Origin: Felis catus
Taxonomy: Eukaryota
Reading direction: 5' to 3'
Length of the DNA stretch: 64,000 nt
Assembly (NCBI RefSeq): GCF_018350175.1
Contig: NC_058370.1
Coordinates: 310,001-374,000 of the forward strand
Shown: positions 53,456 through 64,000 of the stretch, piece after piece
Position numbering within the stretch: position 1 is the stretch's first letter
Layout: each line of letters starts with the position of its first letter
Notes under the pieces: generated by a model
The model's input: only the letters and a program-made list of their open reading frames with translations
Database searches by the model: none
What the model was told of the DNA's origin: nothing
Made by a program: the position numbers and the translations under genes

Positions 53456-55702
53456 CTAGGAGTCCTCGGAGGCTGCTGCACGCAGCGCGAAGAGCTTCTC
53501 CCAGCAGGTGGCGACGGTGTCCAGGACACGCAGGAGGAGCCGCCTCCGGCTGTGGCTGCGGCTGCGGCGACTCCGAGGAGGGTGCCTCTTGGGCCACCGG
53601 CTCCTCCTCCGCTGTCAGGGGCAGAAAGGTCAGCGAGTGACCACGGTCTCTGCGCCCTCCCCTCCCCCTCCCAGATGGGGACACCGCGGGACGGTGGGAG
53701 GCTCAGGGGACCTGTGGAAGGGGAGGGACCCGGGTCTGGCCCCACACACCTGGCGCATCATCCAGCAGTGGCGCCGCATCACTGCTTCGGTGCGCAGGGC
53801 TACAGTCCACGCGGCTTTCTCCAGTGCCCCGCGGCGGTGGCCCCGGGCCACCACCCTGCGCAGGGTCCGACCCAGGGACGCAATGGACAGCAGGATATCG
53901 TGCTCCTGGGAAAGGAAGGGAGGAAATTGGGGGCTGAGGAGAGGAGCTCAACGGGGAGGCCCCGGAGGGGAACAGCGTGAGTCTCCCCCCATACCTTCTG
54001 GGCACCGCAGGAAGCTCCCACCCGATCCCGATCCCGCCATCCGAGGACTGCAGCTCCAGTCAGGTTTTTCTGGATGAAATGGAGGTGTCGGGAGCCTGGC
54101 CCGACCTGCCTCACAGCAGCCTGCAGGTCCTCAAAGATGACCACACGGTAGTGGCGGAGCACGTCAGGGATGCTGCAGGTGCGGAGCCCTGCCTGACCCG
54201 GTGCGAGCCCCAGCAGAGCCAGCAGGAGCGCCCAGAGTGCAGGCTTGGGAGGCACCTGGAAGGGACGCGGGGTCAGGGTGGGGTGCCCAGGCGGGCAGAG
54301 GAGACCTTCCCTACAGCAACCCCTCAGGCAATTTGCTTTGGACGGCCCCCTACCACAGCCACCAGGGACTCTCTGAACTACAGTAGAAAATGAAAGGTCA
54401 CTGTGCCATTCATCGCCCAAGCATGGGTCTAGCAGGACAAACCCCTTCCTGTTTCAAGTCTGAGGGAAGGATAGATAGTAGGCCTGCGAACCAGACAGCT
54501 CAATGCTTGATGCATAGATTGGCGGGCTGGAGGATGGCCAGGGGTGAGGGTGAGGGTGGGGGGAGGCGGGCTGGGAAGGCAGGCCCACTGAGCCCTGAGG
54601 GGCCAAGAAGGAGACAGAGGGCTCCAGAGCAGGAACTCTGTGCTCTGTGTGCATGGGAACTAGGGGCTCACAAGACTGGAGGGCAGGGCTGACCCCTAGG
54701 TCTAGGGGTCCAGCGGGAAACACTACCTGCCGGTATGGCTACACCCCTGGCTATCCCCTAACTCAACCCCACACCTCCCAGACATCAGTCCCCACCAGAC
54801 AGCCAGGCTCTCTCCTCCTGATGAGCACCCCCTGATCCCCAGAACGTTGCTCACCTCTGGGTCCCCAGAGCAGGGGCAGAACTAACCCACCCCCACAGCC
54901 GTGGGAAATGGGGTGCCCTTGTACCTCCAGCCCAACCAGGACAGGGGTGAGGGCTCAGAGCTCAAGGCCACACCCCTCTGAGGAGGGGAGGAAGTCTTGG
55001 GGAATCCCCCAGAGGCAAGGGAGAAAGGGGCCACACTGTGCCCCACCAGGCATCCCTTTCACGAGCCTCCCCCTCCAGAAGGGGCTGGCTTGGGGAGAAA
55101 CCCACCACCACCCTCCCCCTAGAAGCCCAAACATCAAAGAGAAAGACCGGCTAGTTCCCAAACAGCGACTAGAAAATTAATCATGTGAACCCAGCGAGAC
55201 GCAGGACTCGACTCGGCTTCCCAGCCCTGGGAGGGGAGCCTGACCGAGCTGGGGACCTGGGGTGCAGCGCTGGCAGGAGGAGTGGGTGCCTTTAGCTGTG
55301 GCCCCTCCTCAAATCTGCCCCCAGGCATGCTGGGGGTGGGGTCAGAGGTCACAGCAAGAACAAGAGCTGTGGGTGTGGAGAGCCGTCCACATGGGGGAGA
55401 TTGGCTGCCCAGCTCTAGGAAGGCCTGCCTGTCCCCCACCCCAGCCAGTGAGAACCGAGCAGCCCTGGTACCGCCGGGCAGACCCCCACCCTTCCCCCCC
55501 CCCCCCCCCCCCCCACTGCCGGAAGGACAGGCAAGAGCACCCAGGGCCAGGCCTGCCAGGCCCTCCAGGCCAAGGTGACAGGAACCAAGGGAGGTTTCCC
55601 AGTAGGGGACAGACGCTCAAGCAGCCTCCCCTGGACTATGCTCGGTCCCAAACCCTCGACCAGAGTGAGCCCCCTCCCCACTGGCCCCACACTGCTCACC
55701 AT
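53456..55702 (-). CDS. C20orf204: C20orf204 ortholog, predicted secreted 191-aa protein. Exons 55700-55702 (ATG only), 53995-54255, 53750-53905, 53456-53611
   Basis: M|VPPKPALWALLLALLGLAPGQA (signal-like) GLRTCSIPDVLRHYRVVIFEDLQ...SCGAQK|EHDILLSI...AVMRRHCWMMRQ|RRRSR...LLLRVLDTVATCWEKLFALRAAASEDS*. All introns are GT-AG phase 0 and total 576 nt. The ATG|GTGAGC first exon is inferred. Confidence 0.88.
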
Positions 55703-57986
55703 GGGCCTCTGAGGGTGAGGCCCTCCCTCACTCCTGCCAGTGGGCCTTGCACATGATCCTGGGTCCTCAGGTAGGGAGTGCGGCTGCCACTCCAAGTCCT
55801 GCTCCAAGCCTGGCCAACAGGCTTCCCAGGACAGGACACAGCAGGGAAGGCTGGCGGCAGGCAGACAAGGCTTTTGAAGTTGGCTCCTCTGAGCAGAGGA
55901 GGGAGGGAGCGGGAGGGAGGCCCCACAACCCCAGCCCTACCCCCTCCCTCTCCCCACCTCCTATCCAATTGCTTCTTCAATTAACCTGACCCTGGAGCCC
56001 GGCAGCTGCGGGCTCTCTTCCCATCCAGCGGGTCTTGGATTGAGCCATTGGCCCAAGAAGGTCTGTACTGTCGAGGGGCGGGTGGGGTGGGGTGTCCAGC
56101 GAGCAATGCTGGGCCCGCCGGGGTAGGGGAGCCAGAAGAGGCCAGGGGCCTGTCTGCACCCTCCACTGGGGCCTTCCTCAGCAGTCAGCAGGTGCTGCCT
56201 CTCCCAGGAACCCAGCTGCCGGCAGAACCAGGTGAGCTGGACCTAACTCGCCACAGCCACCAGCCCCCACACCCTGATGTCCTGGGGGGGGGGGGGCCCT
56301 GCCCCAGCTGGTCCTGGTGAGGGGCTTCCCAGGCTTCTCCTACTGCTCATCCCTCCTGGGCCGAGGGGGTCTTTTGCTGGGGGAGGTCACGGCCACTCGC
56401 CCAAACAGGCTCTCAACCCTGCAAGCACCACCTCAGAACAAGGGCAGTGTGCAGAACCCGACTTGCCTTGAGCTGGAGCTCAAGAAATCCCAGCTGGAGA
56501 CAAGCTGAGGTACATCTGTCCCAGGGAGAAAAGTCGTTTAACCACCTCAAAGCAAACAACCCCCACGCAAAGGAGGAGATATCCACACTGGATGATCCAG
56601 GTGCTCTGGAACATTCCAAGGGCTCTGCAGAAGGCCGCACCCGACACTGAGTTCAGAAATGTGTCCAGGAGAAGCCACATCCAACTCAGAGCACAGAAGG
56701 CTGCCAGCAGCCCCTGTGACTACAGCCAAGTCACCGTTCCTCCCTGGGCCTCGGTTTCTAGGTCTGTACAGGAATAGGCTGGCTTTCAGCCTCCTAAAAC
56801 TCCAGGAGTATCTCTTCGATGTGATAAATGTACCGGGCCGGATCCCTCCCGCCTCCTCCATGAGACAGAAGGAAACCCCAAAGACCCTGTGAACCTCCCT
56901 GCTCTGCTCCTCAGGCCTGGCCCACCTCAAGTGAGAGGCAGAAGCAGCATTTCCAGATTCACAGTCTGGGAGTAGGATCCAGGCCACGGGGGTGGTCCCT
57001 CCCCTGCTCTGGGACGGCAGTGTCCTTGTGGCTCCCGGAACACCAGAGGCGGACCCGGCAGGGCCTGACTCTCTAGGCACAGCTGCCCGTGCCTCAGGTG
57101 CTGACATCGAGGCATGTGTTCCCCAACCTTGGCTGCCTTGAGGGGGCTGAGCCGTGGGTCAGCGACTGATCCCCACAACAGTCTCCTCATCGGTGTCACC
57201 AGGAACCAAGAGGCACCAAGCAGCCTGTCTGGAATCTTCTCTAACATGAGCGTGTGGGAACGGCTGCCAGCTACTCCCCTCGTCACCATACGTAACAAGG
57301 AGCATCTCCTCTCCTTGGCCCACAGCCTCTGGACAACCCACGACCTCTGGCCAGATGTCTGCAGCCATGGCTGACACACCCCTCCGAAGAGAATCTGCTG
57401 GTTTCCAGTTGAACACACACACAGGGGTCCAAAGTATGAGGAAGTCCTTTACCCTCACACAGCATAAACAGGGCAAATATGCTAAGTCTCCCAGGTTATG
57501 CATTTTTCAATTCAGAGATGAGGACTTACAGGTGTTTTAGAACAAAATTGATTATACATTATTGATTATAAAAATAATGCCATGAGCAAATATGAGAAAA
57601 GCTCTTACCGGTAACATTTCTTTCCGACACACACCCGAGGGGCCTTCCCGTGAGCCCCTAGCAACACACTTGGGAGCCACTTTAGGAAGTTGGGCCCGCT
57701 GTCTGCACTCACGCAGGACGGTCACTTACCCGGGCAGGCAGACCTGGGAGATGCCCGGGGGAGCCCCAGCTGTTCCCAGAACGTGCACCGCCCCTCCCTT
57801 CCCACAGAATCTCAGGGGGTCCCACGGCTTCCCCTGCAGGGTTCAGGCTGTCTCCAAGAGCCCTAGTGAGCCCAGGACGCCGCCTGAGAGCACACGGGGG
57901 CAGCCAAAGCACCTACGGGAAGGCAGGGGAGAATGGCGCAGACAAAACCAGCAGGTCACCAACCCCAACAGGCTATCTGGAAAACC

Positions 57987-57992
57987 TTTAAT
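57987..57992 (-). terminator. PRPF6 polyadenylation signal ATTAAA
   Basis: About 105 nt past the stop, inside the palindrome CTTTAATTAAAG. Confidence 0.7.
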
Positions 57993-58096
57993 TAAAGAGC
58001 AGGATGGGTGGCTCAGGGCCCCTTCCACCCCCTTGTCACTACCACACGCTCCTCTACGCGCTGTCCTGAGGGCTGCCCCCTACAGGCACCGGAGGA

Positions 58097-63984
<5,888 letters not shown>

Positions 63985-64000
63985 CTGCAAGACAACCAGA

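Overview
Mammalian genomic DNA from a carnivore, probably a felid (SINEC_Fc-type SINEs). It is very GC-rich and syntenic with human 20q13.33. Gene order from start to end: OPRL1 (-, 370 aa, complete CDS), LKAAEAR1 (+, 190 aa, nested antisense in OPRL1 intron 1), a shared OPRL1/RGS19 CpG-island promoter, RGS19 (+, 217 aa), TCEA2 (-, 300 aa, one AT-AC U12 intron), SOX18 (+, exon 1 lost in N gaps), C20orf204 (-, 191 aa) and the last six exons of PRPF6 (-). I derived exon boundaries by hand from splice signals and frame closure. Gene names and human comparisons come from recalled protein sequences, not from a database search. The strongest new lead is that the orphan C20orf204 product looks like a secreted IL-7/TSLP-family four-helix cytokine: signal peptide, CxAxK|E and TCWxK motifs, four cysteines matching IL-7, matching intron positions, and a location in the region paralogous to the IL7 locus. 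Other leads are a Ser-to-Asn change in the RGS19 PDZ ligand, a stop-free in-frame OPRL1 intron in extracellular loop 2, RFX X-boxes near LKAAEAR1 and upstream of TCEA2, and a FOX:ETS/GATA cluster downstream of SOX18. No prokaryotic-type features such as CRISPR arrays are present. Most long ORFs in the supplied track are GC-content artefacts.
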